Assembly: GCA_040901675.1 (NCBI GenBank)
Contig: JBBDYJ010000041.1
Location: 1 to 64,000 of the forward strand
Reading direction: 5' to 3'
Length of the DNA stretch: 64,000 nucleotides
From: Pirellulales bacterium
GTDB lineage: Bacteria > Planctomycetota > Planctomycetia > Pirellulales > JAICIG01
The notes beneath the pieces are model-generated. The model ran no database searches and was not told the origin of the DNA. It worked only from the letters and a program-made list of their open reading frames with translations. Below, piece after piece: positions 42,895 to 52,073 of this stretch (positions are counted from its first letter, which is position 1; every line of letters begins with the position of its first letter). The position numbers were made by a program, and so were the translations under genes.

Positions 42895-43428
42895 ATGAAA
42901 GCCGACGACCCGAATATCCTCTGGATCCAAGAGCCGCGGCTGGGCCTGGCCGGCAAGATGTACCTGCCGCTGCTGGTGCAGGGCCTGACCACGACCACCC
43001 GGCACCTGTTCGGCCCGAAACGGACGGTGAGCTTTCCGGAAGAACGTCCCCAGATCGACAACCCCTTGATCTATCGGGGCGTACACCGGCTCAACAAGGA
43101 CGAGCAAGGCCGCGTCAAGTGCGTGGCCTGCTTCCTCTGCGCCACGGCCTGCCCGGCGCATTGCATTGATATCGTGGGCGCCGAGAGTCCCTGGCCCGAC
43201 CGCGAAAAGTATCCCGAGAGCTTCACGATCGACGAGCTGCGCTGTATCTATTGCGGCATGTGCGAAGAGGCCTGCCCGGTCGACGCCATCGAGCTGACCA
43301 GCCTGATGGACCTGACCGGCCGCAGCCGCGAAGAAATGATCTTCGACAAGGAGAAGCTGCTCAGCGTGTTCGATCAGACCAAGGATGCCGAGCCGATGCG
43401 GTCGACCGAGCTGGGAGGAACGCTGTGA
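42895..43428 (+). CDS. nuoI: NADH-quinone oxidoreductase subunit I
   Basis: CVACFLCATACP and CIYCGMCEEACP. Confidence 0.97.
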   Translation: MKADDPNILWIQEPRLGLAGKMYLPLLVQGLTTTTRHLFGPKRTVSFPEERPQIDNPLIYRGVHRLNKDEQGRVKCVACFLCATACPAHCIDIVGAESPWPDREKYPESFTIDELRCIYCGMCEEACPVDAIELTSLMDLTGRSREEMIFDKEKLLSVFDQTKDAEPMRSTELGGTL

Positions 43429-44168
43429 CACCCGGGCAAATCATGCTGGCCTTGGCAACCGTGCTCTTGGCGGCCGGGCTGTGGTTGTTGCTGCCGCGCG
43501 GCGCACGGGGCCGGCGCGCCGGCGCCGTTCTGGCCGCCGCCGGGCTGGCACTGTTGGCTTGGCAAGTGGCCCGCTTCGACGGCCGGCACTGGGGCGCCGA
43601 GGCGGTTTTCTGGGCTCTGGCGGCCACCACCGTTGTCTCCGCATTGGGGGCCGTGACCATGCGCAGCCCGGTCTACTGCGCCATCTGGTTCGCGCTGACG
43701 CTGCTGGGCACGGCCGGCTTGTTCCTGTTTCAGGGCGCGCAGTTTCTCGGCGTGGCCACGGTGGTCGTCTACGCGGGAGCTATCCTGGTCACCTTTCTGT
43801 TCGTGCTGATGCTGGCCCAGCCCCGCGGCCAGACCCACTACGACCGGTTGAGCTGGGAGGCATTGCTGTCGGCCTCCACCGGCGCGATGCTGGTCGGTAT
43901 GTTGACCGCGGTGCTGGTCGGTCAAACCGGCGAGAAGGAACCTGGTTCCGCCGCGGCCGCTCTGGCGACAACCATCAGCCAGCACGATCGCGAGCAGCGG
44001 ATCTTGCATCCCCAGCACGTGGCCCAGCTCGGCGGCCAACTGTTCAGCCGCCACCTCGTGGCCATCGAGGTGGCCGGAACGCTGCTGCTGGTTGCGCTGG
44101 TGGGCGCGGTGGCCATCGTCAGCCACGGCAGGCCCGCGGCGGTCGGGGAGGGATCGGACCGTGGCTGA
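43425..44168 (+). CDS. nuoJ: NADH-quinone oxidoreductase subunit J
   Basis: SPVYCAIW, VYAGAILVTFLFVLML, EVAGTLLLVALVGAV. Confidence 0.94.
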   Translation: MTPGQIMLALATVLLAAGLWLLLPRGARGRRAGAVLAAAGLALLAWQVARFDGRHWGAEAVFWALAATTVVSALGAVTMRSPVYCAIWFALTLLGTAGLFLFQGAQFLGVATVVVYAGAILVTFLFVLMLAQPRGQTHYDRLSWEALLSASTGAMLVGMLTAVLVGQTGEKEPGSAAAALATTISQHDREQRILHPQHVAQLGGQLFSRHLVAIEVAGTLLLVALVGAVAIVSHGRPAAVGEGSDRG

Positions 44169-44604
44169 ACTGGAGCTGCTGCACCGCTATCTGGCGTTGG
44201 GAGCGCTCTTGTTCGGCATCGGCGTGGCCGGTTTTCTCAGCCGCCGAAACATGATCGTCATGTTCCTCGCCGCCGAAATGATGCTGCAAGGCGTCTCCCT
44301 CAGCCTGGTCGCCTGGGGCCGCTTCCACAACGACTGGGGCGGGCAGGTGCTGGTGATCTTTGTTCTCACCGTGGCGGCCTGCGAGGCGGCCATCGCCCTG
44401 GCCCTGATCCTGATGTTGTTCCAGCAAAGCGGCGAGCTGGACATCGCCTTCTGGCAGCACGTGCGGGAGGCCAACCAGCCCCCCTTTGTCGATCGCGAAT
44501 TGCCCGACGAGCCGATCCAGATCGAGCACTGGCCGACGTTGCCGCCGGCAGGCGTCGAGCCGGAGGTCAGCCTCGAGGAGATCCTCCACCGCAGCCATGT
44601 TTAG
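44161..44604 (+). CDS. nuoK: NADH-quinone oxidoreductase subunit K (with C-terminal extension)
   Basis: RRNMIVMFLAAEMML, GQVLVIFVLTVAACEAAIAL. Confidence 0.95.
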   Translation: MAELELLHRYLALGALLFGIGVAGFLSRRNMIVMFLAAEMMLQGVSLSLVAWGRFHNDWGGQVLVIFVLTVAACEAAIALALILMLFQQSGELDIAFWQHVREANQPPFVDRELPDEPIQIEHWPTLPPAGVEPEVSLEEILHRSHV

Positions 44605-46777
44605 CACCCCAACCTTGATGGTGCTGGTCCCCGCGCTCCCCTTGGCGGCTTCGTTGATCACCGCCGCCCTGGGCAAGCGCGTGCTGCGAGAGCAGAGCCA
44701 CCTGCCGACCATCGTCGCGCTGGTCTTGTCGTTCGTGCTCAGCATGTTCCTGTTGTTCGACGTCCGCGCGGCCGCCCAGCGGGCTGAGCAGCCGGCGACC
44801 GGCGGCGCGGCGGCCCAGCCGGCTGCCGTGGGCGTCGAGCTTTTCCACACGCTCTGGACGTGGGCTGTTGTCGAGGGGGCCGCCGTCGACGACGCCTATG
44901 CGGCCGGATCCCATTCCGACGCTGCCGCGGGCCAGGTCAGCCGGCGGACGAGCGGCGATCGCGACTTCCGCGTCGACGTGACGCTGCGGGCCGACCCCCT
45001 CACCGCGGTCATGCTGGCCATGGTCACGTTCGTCTCATCGCTGGTCGCCATCTACTCGGCCGGCTACATGCGGGGCGATCCGGGCTACTGGCGGTTCTTC
45101 AGCTACGTGTCGCTGTTCGTGTTCTCGATGACCATGCTCGTCTCGGTCAGCAACTTCGTGTTGTTGTACGTGTTCTGGGAGGCGGTCGGTGTCTGCAGCT
45201 ATCTGCTCATCGGCTTCTGGTACGAGAAGCCGGAGGCCGCGGCCGCCGGCAAGAAGGCCTTTCTGGTGAACCGCGTCGGAGATTTCGGCTTCGCCCTGGG
45301 CCTGTTTCTGCTATGGACCACCTATGGCACGCTCAACTTTCACGACGCGGACCGCGTCGGCCGGCCCGTGGCCCTCGGGGCGGAAGTGGCCAGTGGCAGT
45401 GAGGTGGCGGTCGAGGGAGTGCTCGGCCAGTCGCGGCTCGCCGCTTCCGGCCTGAACTACGTGGGCGGCACCGTGGGCCTGGCGATTTGCTTATGCCTGC
45501 TGGCCGGCGCCTGCGGCAAGAGCGCGCAGTTTCCGCTGCACGTCTGGCTGCCCGATGCCATGGAGGGCCCCACGCCGGTCAGCGCCCTGATCCACGCCGC
45601 CACGATGGTCACGGCCGGAGTGTACCTGGTCGCCCGCTGCGCGCCCTTGTTCGCGGCGGCGCCCGAGGCGCGGCTGGCCGTGGCCGCCGTCGGCTGCTTC
45701 ACCGGCCTGCTGGCCGGCATCGTCGCCATGACGCAGAACGATCTGAAGCGCGTGCTCGCCTGGTCCACCATCAGCCAGTTGGGATACATGTTTCTCGGCT
45801 TGGGCACCGGCACGCTGGCCGGCATCACGGCCGGAATGTTCCACCTCTTCACGCACGCCTTCTTCAAGGCCCTCTTGTTCCTTGGCGCCGGCAGCGTGAT
45901 GCACGCCATGGGAGGCGTGATCGACATCCAGCGGCTGGGAGGTCTCAGGCGCCTGCTCCCCTGGACCCACCTCACCTTCTGGTGCGGCTGCCTGGCGCTG
46001 GCCGGCGTGGTCCCCTTCGCCGGCTTCTGGAGCAAGGATGCGATCCTGGCGGCGGTCCACGAGCGCAGCGGAGCCGCGGCCGACTACGCGGCCTTCTACC
46101 AGGTGCTCTACTTCGCGGCCCTGTTCACCGCCTTTCTGACGGCCGTCTACACGTTCCGGGCTTTGTTCCTGACGTTCTTCGGACCGTTGCGGATCCCGCC
46201 CGAAGCGGGCCACCACGCCCACGAATCGCCGCCGGTCATGCTGGTGCCGCTGGTGGTGCTGGCCGCCGGTTCGCTGCTGGTGGGCGCCTGGTTCGAGTGG
46301 ACGCACGGCTTTGCCGACTTTCTGGCGCAGACACCATCGCTGGCTTACCGCGAGATCGAACACGCCGCCCACGGCAGTCACTGGCAGGTTGCCCTGCTCA
46401 GCACGCTGATCGCGGTGTCGGGCGTGGCGCTGGCCGCCTTCTTGTACCTGGGCGATCGGCGCAGGGTCGAGTTGCTGGCCGGCCTCGCCAGCTCGCCTTA
46501 CGCTTTGCGGTTGTACCAACTGTCGTCGGGCCGGTTTTACTTCGACCAGATTTACCAGGTGCTCGTCGTGTGGCCGCTTTGGCTCGTCGCACAAGTGGCT
46601 TACTGGCTCGACCGCTGGCTGGTGGACGGCCTGGTCAACGCCAGCGGCCGCCTGCCTTGGGGCATGGGCTCGGTGTTGCGGGCCTTGCAGAACGGCCTGG
46701 TGCCGTTCTACGCGCTGGCCATGATGCTCGGGCTCCTGGTCTTGATCGGCACGCTGTTGTGGTGGCCCGGTTTGTAG
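44597..46777 (+). CDS. nuoL: NADH-quinone oxidoreductase subunit L
   Basis: WEAVG, NRVGD, GKSAQFPLHVWLPDAMEGPTPVSALIHAATMV, HAFFKA. Confidence 0.97.
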   Translation: MFSTPTLMVLVPALPLAASLITAALGKRVLREQSHLPTIVALVLSFVLSMFLLFDVRAAAQRAEQPATGGAAAQPAAVGVELFHTLWTWAVVEGAAVDDAYAAGSHSDAAAGQVSRRTSGDRDFRVDVTLRADPLTAVMLAMVTFVSSLVAIYSAGYMRGDPGYWRFFSYVSLFVFSMTMLVSVSNFVLLYVFWEAVGVCSYLLIGFWYEKPEAAAAGKKAFLVNRVGDFGFALGLFLLWTTYGTLNFHDADRVGRPVALGAEVASGSEVAVEGVLGQSRLAASGLNYVGGTVGLAICLCLLAGACGKSAQFPLHVWLPDAMEGPTPVSALIHAATMVTAGVYLVARCAPLFAAAPEARLAVAAVGCFTGLLAGIVAMTQNDLKRVLAWSTISQLGYMFLGLGTGTLAGITAGMFHLFTHAFFKALLFLGAGSVMHAMGGVIDIQRLGGLRRLLPWTHLTFWCGCLALAGVVPFAGFWSKDAILAAVHERSGAAADYAAFYQVLYFAALFTAFLTAVYTFRALFLTFFGPLRIPPEAGHHAHESPPVMLVPLVVLAAGSLLVGAWFEWTHGFADFLAQTPSLAYREIEHAAHGSHWQVALLSTLIAVSGVALAAFLYLGDRRRVELLAGLASSPYALRLYQLSSGRFYFDQIYQVLVVWPLWLVAQVAYWLDRWLVDGLVNASGRLPWGMGSVLRALQNGLVPFYALAMMLGLLVLIGTLLWWPGL

Positions 46778-46796
46778 TGACCGGATTTATCCGGTC
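46774..46796 (+). repeat. GTAG-type REP hairpin at the nuoL stop
   Basis: GTAG-T-GACCGGA-TTTA-TCCGGTC; single copy in this window. Confidence 0.55.
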
Positions 46797-46840
46797 CTTT
46801 ACTGCTTGATGTTGATGCTGTTGCGGCCATTGAAACGAAC

Positions 46841-48472
46841 ATGGTGAACCTGCTCTTCGTGACCGTGTTTTTGCCGCTGGCCGGGGCTTCGGTGATCTGG
46901 ATCCTGGCCGAAGGAGGCCCGAAGGTCATTCGCTGGATCGCGCTGGCCACCAGCCTGATCACGCTGGGGCTCACCGGTTGGCTGGTGATGCACTATCCCC
47001 AGGGCGTTCCCGGCGTCGATGCCGCCTGGCTGTCGCCATCACCTGGCGGCGCCCCCGACATCCGCTTCAGCCTTGGCCTCGACGGCCTCAGCCTATGGCT
47101 CTTTGCCTTGAGCGCGCTGTTGATGGTCACCAGCGTCCTGGTGAGCTGGGAGGCGATCAGCGAGCGGCCGGTGGCCTTCTACTCGCTGCTCTTGGTGCTC
47201 GAGACCGGCATGCTGGGTGTCTTCGCCGCTCGCGACATCATCCTGTTCTACGTCTTCTTCGAGTTCACGTTGGTCCCCTTGTTCTTCCTGATCGGCATCT
47301 GGGGCAGCGAGGAGCGCCGGTATGCGGCGATCAAGTTCTTTCTGTTCACCCTGGCCGGCAGCCTGCTGACCTTCCTCGGGCTGCTGGCGATCGTGTTGAT
47401 CGACTACCACCACTCGCCCTCGCGCACGATGACGTTTTCGATCCCCGAGCTGACCGCCCGCCTGGCCGAGCGGCCGATCGACGACAGCGTCCAGCTCTGG
47501 ATCTTCCTGGCCTTGTTCGCCGGCTTCGCGATCAAGGTGCCCCTCTTCCCGCTGCACACCTGGCTGCCGCTGGCGCACGTGGAGGCTCCCACCGCCGGCA
47601 GCGTCATCCTGGCAGGCATCCTGCTCAAGGTCGGCACCTACGGGTTCCTCCGCTTCAGCCTGCCGATGCTGCCGGAGGCCACCGCCGCCTGCATGCCTTG
47701 GATCCTCTGGTTGAGCGTGGCCGGGATCATCTACGGGGCCCTGGTGGCGCTGGTCCAGACCGACATCAAGCGCCTGATCGCCTATTCCAGCGTCAGCCAC
47801 CTGGGCTTCTGCATGCTGGGGCTGTTCGCGCTCAACCGGCTGGGGATCAACGGGGCCGTGCTGCAGATGGTCAACCACGGCCTGTCGACCGGCGCCCTGT
47901 TCGCGTTGGTGGGCATGCTCTACGAACGCTACCACACGCGCCAGATCGCCGACTTGGGCGGCCTCTCGCGGCGCACGCCTCTCTTGGCCTTCTTCATGGT
48001 CCTCTTCACCCTGTCAAGCATCGGGCTGCCGGGGTTGAACGGCTTTGCCGGCGAGCTGTTGATCCTGGTCGGCATGTTCCAGCGTGCTTGGGCCGAGGCG
48101 CCCGCCGTCTACGCCGGTCAGTGGCTGACGATTGCCGTGCTCGCCGTGTTCGGCGTGGTGCTGGGCGCCTGGTACATGCTATGGCTGGTCGAACGGGTAT
48201 TCTTTGGCCCCCTGCGCGAGCCCCAGCACGACGAGCACGCCGCCGTGGTCCGCGATTTGTCGGTCCGCGAAGTGCTGGCCCTCGCCCCGCTGGCGGTCTT
48301 CGTGTTCTGGATCGGGCTCGTGCCGCAGCACTTTTTGAAACCGATGGAAGGCGACCTGAACCAGCTCGCCACCCAGCTCGGCGCGCGCGTCGAGCAGCGC
48401 TTCGGTCCGCCGGCCCGGCTGGACCTGGCCGCCACGCCGCAACCCAGCAGAGAACCGCCCCGTGTCGATTGA
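46841..48472 (+). CDS. nuoM: NADH-quinone oxidoreductase subunit M
   Basis: KVPLFPLHTWLPLAHVEAPT, KRLIAYSSVSH, GLPGLNGFAGE. Confidence 0.97.
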   Translation: MVNLLFVTVFLPLAGASVIWILAEGGPKVIRWIALATSLITLGLTGWLVMHYPQGVPGVDAAWLSPSPGGAPDIRFSLGLDGLSLWLFALSALLMVTSVLVSWEAISERPVAFYSLLLVLETGMLGVFAARDIILFYVFFEFTLVPLFFLIGIWGSEERRYAAIKFFLFTLAGSLLTFLGLLAIVLIDYHHSPSRTMTFSIPELTARLAERPIDDSVQLWIFLALFAGFAIKVPLFPLHTWLPLAHVEAPTAGSVILAGILLKVGTYGFLRFSLPMLPEATAACMPWILWLSVAGIIYGALVALVQTDIKRLIAYSSVSHLGFCMLGLFALNRLGINGAVLQMVNHGLSTGALFALVGMLYERYHTRQIADLGGLSRRTPLLAFFMVLFTLSSIGLPGLNGFAGELLILVGMFQRAWAEAPAVYAGQWLTIAVLAVFGVVLGAWYMLWLVERVFFGPLREPQHDEHAAVVRDLSVREVLALAPLAVFVFWIGLVPQHFLKPMEGDLNQLATQLGARVEQRFGPPARLDLAATPQPSREPPRVD

Positions 48473-50090
48473 AACCATCTACGCCCTCGCGCCCGAAGTG
48501 ATCCTCGTCGCCACCGCGACGCTGATCTACCTGGGCGCCGCCTTCTTGCCCGCTCGCGGCATCTGGCACGGGGTCGCCGCCGCCGGCTTGATCCTGGCTG
48601 CCCTGGTCCTGTTCAACCAGTCGTGGGGGCTCCAAGAGCCACTCGGGTCGGCGGCCATGGAAATCATGCGGGCCGGACCGTTGGCCATCGACGACGCCGG
48701 CGGTCTCGATCCACTCGCCCGCTACGGACGCTGGTTGACGCTGGTGGTCGGCCTCGCCCTGGTGTTGTTGTCCAAGCGGCCCCAGCCACAGGCTCTCGAG
48801 GGTGAGGCGGCCGGTACCCTGTTGCTGGCCATCGCCGGGCTGATGCTGGCCATTGCGGCCCGCGAGCTGGTCCTGTTGTTCCTGGGCCTGGAATTGATCT
48901 CGATCCCCACCTACGTGCTTTTGTACATGGGCCGGCGCGATATGCAGTCGCAAGAAGCGGCCGTCAAGTACTTTTTCCTCAGCATCTTGGCGTCGGCCTT
49001 GACGCTCTACGGCTTCAGCTTCCTGTATGGCATAGGCCGCTCGACCGACCTGGCGAGCATCGAGGCGGCGCTGGCCGCCGGCGGCGACGGCAGCGGAACA
49101 TTGGCGGCCGTGGCCCTGGTGCTGATCTTCGCCGGGTTGGGATTCAAGATCGCGGCCGTGCCCTTCCATTTTTATGCGCCCGACGTCTACCAGGCGACCA
49201 CGCACGCCAACGCGGCGCTGCTCTCCGTGCTGCCCAAGATCGCCGGCCTGGTGGCGCTGGTGCGCGTGGCGGCCATCGCCATGCCGGGATCGGAGAGCGT
49301 CGGCTGGCGGCTGGCGTTCATCCTGGCCGTGGCCACCATGACGCTGGGCAATGTGCTGGCCCTCTGGCAGGACAACATCCGCCGGCTGCTGGCCTATTCG
49401 TCGATCGCCCACTCCGGCTACATGCTGCTGGGGCTCACGGTCGGGCTGGCTGGAGGCAGCGGCGCCGCTCGGTCGCTCGACGGCATCGGGGCCATGCTGT
49501 TTTATCTGGCCGTCTATTCGCTGGCCACCATCGGCGCCTTCGCCGTGCTCACCTGGCTGGGCACCAGCCACCGCCAGATCGACGGCGTCGACGAGTTGGC
49601 CGGCCTGGCCCGCACGCATCCCGGCACTGCCGCGGGCATGGCCGCCTTCATGTTCAGCCTGGCCGGCATCCCCCCCCTGGCCGGTTTCTGGGGCAAGTTC
49701 ACCCTCTTCGGCAGCGCGCTGGTGGCCGAGCCGCCGGTCAGCTCGGTCTATCCCTGGTTGATCGCGCTGGCCATCGTGGGCGCGTTGAACGCGGCCATCG
49801 GTGCGGCCTATTACTTGCGAATCATTGGCGTGATGTATTTCCGGGCACCGATTGCGGTGCCCCGGGCCGAGGGAGGTTGGGGCGCGGCCACGGCCATGCT
49901 GCTCTGCTCGGTGGCCGTCGTGGCGATCGGTCTCTATCCTGGTCCGCTGGTCGGCAGCTCCCAGCGCGCCAGCCAGGCGGTTCAGAAGGCAGAAGCCAAA
50001 AGGCAGAAGGATGAATCGGAACAAGCGGTCAGCCGCAACCAAAGCAAAGAAGCCAGAGAGCAAACTACAGATTCCAAAGTCGGGGCTTAA
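48462..50090 (+). CDS. nuoN: NADH-quinone oxidoreductase subunit N
   Basis: EAAVKYF, FKIAAVPFH..PDVY, RLLAYSSIAH, SLAGIPP. Confidence 0.97.
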   Translation: MSIETIYALAPEVILVATATLIYLGAAFLPARGIWHGVAAAGLILAALVLFNQSWGLQEPLGSAAMEIMRAGPLAIDDAGGLDPLARYGRWLTLVVGLALVLLSKRPQPQALEGEAAGTLLLAIAGLMLAIAARELVLLFLGLELISIPTYVLLYMGRRDMQSQEAAVKYFFLSILASALTLYGFSFLYGIGRSTDLASIEAALAAGGDGSGTLAAVALVLIFAGLGFKIAAVPFHFYAPDVYQATTHANAALLSVLPKIAGLVALVRVAAIAMPGSESVGWRLAFILAVATMTLGNVLALWQDNIRRLLAYSSIAHSGYMLLGLTVGLAGGSGAARSLDGIGAMLFYLAVYSLATIGAFAVLTWLGTSHRQIDGVDELAGLARTHPGTAAGMAAFMFSLAGIPPLAGFWGKFTLFGSALVAEPPVSSVYPWLIALAIVGALNAAIGAAYYLRIIGVMYFRAPIAVPRAEGGWGAATAMLLCSVAVVAIGLYPGPLVGSSQRASQAVQKAEAKRQKDESEQAVSRNQSKEAREQTTDSKVGA

Positions 50091-50103
50091 TCGTCTTCGT
50101 ATA

Positions 50104-50170
50104 GTAGCCCTCACGCTCCGCGTGAGGTAGCCGTATTCGCCTTGTCTCCTTGTCGCCCTGTCGCCTTGTT
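50104..50170 (+). repeat. GTAG-type REP hairpin plus CCTTGTC tract
   Basis: GTAGC-CCTCACG-CTCCG-CGTGAGG, then CCTTGTCTCCTTGTCGCC... Confidence 0.6.
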
Positions 50171-50172
50171 TT

Positions 50173-51567
50173 ATGCCTCCTCCTCGCGCTGCCGCTACAG
50201 AGCTGGCCCGGATGCTCGACGCGGTGGACCAGCCGGTCTACGCGGTGAGCGAAGAGCGGCGGATCGTCTACTACAACCGGGCCTTTCGCGAGTGGACCGA
50301 CGCCGGCGACGAGCTCTTGGGCCAGGAGTGCCGCTATCACTCCAGCCCGGAAGCGGCCGGGCCCGCCGCACTGGCCGCCGCGCTGTGCCCGCCGCCCGAG
50401 GTGTTTGCAGCAACCGGACGCAGTGTTTCTTCCACCGTTCGGCTGCGCGACGGGGCCGCGGACGAATCCGAGCGCGCCGTCGAGTTCGTCCCGCTCGCCG
50501 GCGGCAGCCAGGTCGGTGGCGTTGTCGCTTTCGTCGGCGTTGCGGGCCAGCCGGCGGCAGCGAATGCGGACGCGGCCGAAGCCTCGGCGGCCGAGTTGCA
50601 CGCCCGCGTTGCACGCTATCGGCGGCTGCTGGGGGCCAAGTATCAATTGGGCCGCCTCGTCGGCGAAAGCCTGGCCATGAAGCGGGTCCGTTCCCAGGTC
50701 GCGCTGGCGGCCACGGGCAAGGCCAGCGTCGTGGTGATCGGACCCGCGGGCAGCGGCCGGCAGCAGGTCGCCCGCACCATCCACTATGCCCAGGCCGAGG
50801 CCGCATCGGGCCCGCTGGTCCCACTGGCCTGCCCGCTGCTGGGCGCCGAGCTGTTGCAATCGACCATCCGCGCCTTGGCCCGGCCCAAGCAGGGCGAACG
50901 TGGTCCACTCGCTCCGCAAGTGGTTGATGCCGCCCGGCTGGCCAGCCTGCTGTTGATCGATGCCGACCGTCTTCCCGCCGACGCGCAGGCCGAGCTGGCC
51001 GGCTTTCTCACGCTCGCCGATCTGCCGGTGCGGATCATTTCGACCACGCGGCGGCCCTTGCTCGAGCTTGCCGGGCAGAAGACTTTTCGGCCCGACCTGG
51101 CTTCGCTATTGAGCACGCTGGTGATCGAGATTCCGCCGCTGGCCGAGCGGCTGGACGATTTGCCGCTGTTGGCACAGTGGTTTCTGGAGCAAGCCAATAG
51201 CCGCGGCCCCAAGCAGGTAGGCGCTTTCACGCCCGAGGCATTGGACCGGCTGCACGGCTACGCCTGGCCGGGCGGCGTCAGCGAGTTGGAAGCGCTGGTC
51301 AACGAGGCGCACGCCCGGGCCGAGGGTCACGAGATCATGCCGCGCGACTTGCCCCCCCGGATCGACCTGGCCGCCGAGGCGTCCGCCCGTCCGCGCAAGG
51401 TGGAAGAGGTGATCGTCTTGGAGGAGTTTTTGGGCCGCATCGAGCGCGAGCTGATCGAGCGCGCCTTGAAGCGTGCCAAGGGCAACAAGACCAAGGCCGC
51501 CCGCCTCTTAGGCATGACCCGCCCCCGCCTCTACCGCCGCCTCGTCCAGCTCGGCCTGGAGGGGTAA
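50173..51567 (+). CDS. PAS-like / degenerate sigma-54 AAA+ / Fis-HTH transcriptional regulator
   Basis: LVGESLAM, GPAGSGRQ, FRPDL, IPPLAER..DLP.L, YAWPG, GNKTKAARLLGMTRPRLYRRL. Confidence 0.85.
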   Translation: MPPPRAAATELARMLDAVDQPVYAVSEERRIVYYNRAFREWTDAGDELLGQECRYHSSPEAAGPAALAAALCPPPEVFAATGRSVSSTVRLRDGAADESERAVEFVPLAGGSQVGGVVAFVGVAGQPAAANADAAEASAAELHARVARYRRLLGAKYQLGRLVGESLAMKRVRSQVALAATGKASVVVIGPAGSGRQQVARTIHYAQAEAASGPLVPLACPLLGAELLQSTIRALARPKQGERGPLAPQVVDAARLASLLLIDADRLPADAQAELAGFLTLADLPVRIISTTRRPLLELAGQKTFRPDLASLLSTLVIEIPPLAERLDDLPLLAQWFLEQANSRGPKQVGAFTPEALDRLHGYAWPGGVSELEALVNEAHARAEGHEIMPRDLPPRIDLAAEASARPRKVEEVIVLEEFLGRIERELIERALKRAKGNKTKAARLLGMTRPRLYRRLVQLGLEG

Positions 51568-51617
51568 ATGCCGTGAGACGTAACCAGGCCCGCCGGTTCG
51601 CGGCCAGCGGGCAAAAG

Positions 51618-52073
51618 CTAGAGCCCTGGCGGAAGCAGAACGGAATGATGCATCTTCAACCAATCCATCACGTCGCTCCGTAGTTGCTTGGCGGCATCCA
51701 AAAGATCGGTTGCTTCCTCGTCGCTCACAACGCCGATCTCGTCGTAGACGACTTGCCCTCTGAGCCTGGAGCACCGTTCGATGTGATCGGCCACCGTGGA
51801 CCATGGGGCGCCCAGCGTGTACCGGAGCGAGTCGATGCTGCGTTTGTGGTGCCCCTGCCCCTTCTTCACAACGTAGCCCGAGGCCTTGAGCGCTATGATC
51901 GTCAGTTGGAGCGCCGCGTCGTAGGCATGCTGGAAGCGGCCATCGGAGCTAAGGCCATGCACCTGGGCATCGGAGATGTCCCGATCAACGACTTGGAACC
52001 CCTTTTGGATTCCCGCGACCGTGGCTTCAAACGGTTGAAGCCAGCCGTTCCGCAACCATTGCTCTAAGCTCAT
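51618..52073 (-). CDS. HEPN domain protein (putative RNase toxin)
   Basis: All-helical 151 aa; RFQHAYDAALQ, GYVV...GHH, RLRGQVVY; overlaps the 3' end of the MNT-bearing gene. Confidence 0.75.
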   Translation of the reverse strand: MSLEQWLRNGWLQPFEATVAGIQKGFQVVDRDISDAQVHGLSSDGRFQHAYDAALQLTIIALKASGYVVKKGQGHHKRSIDSLRYTLGAPWSTVADHIERCSRLRGQVVYDEIGVVSDEEATDLLDAAKQLRSDVMDWLKMHHSVLLPPGL

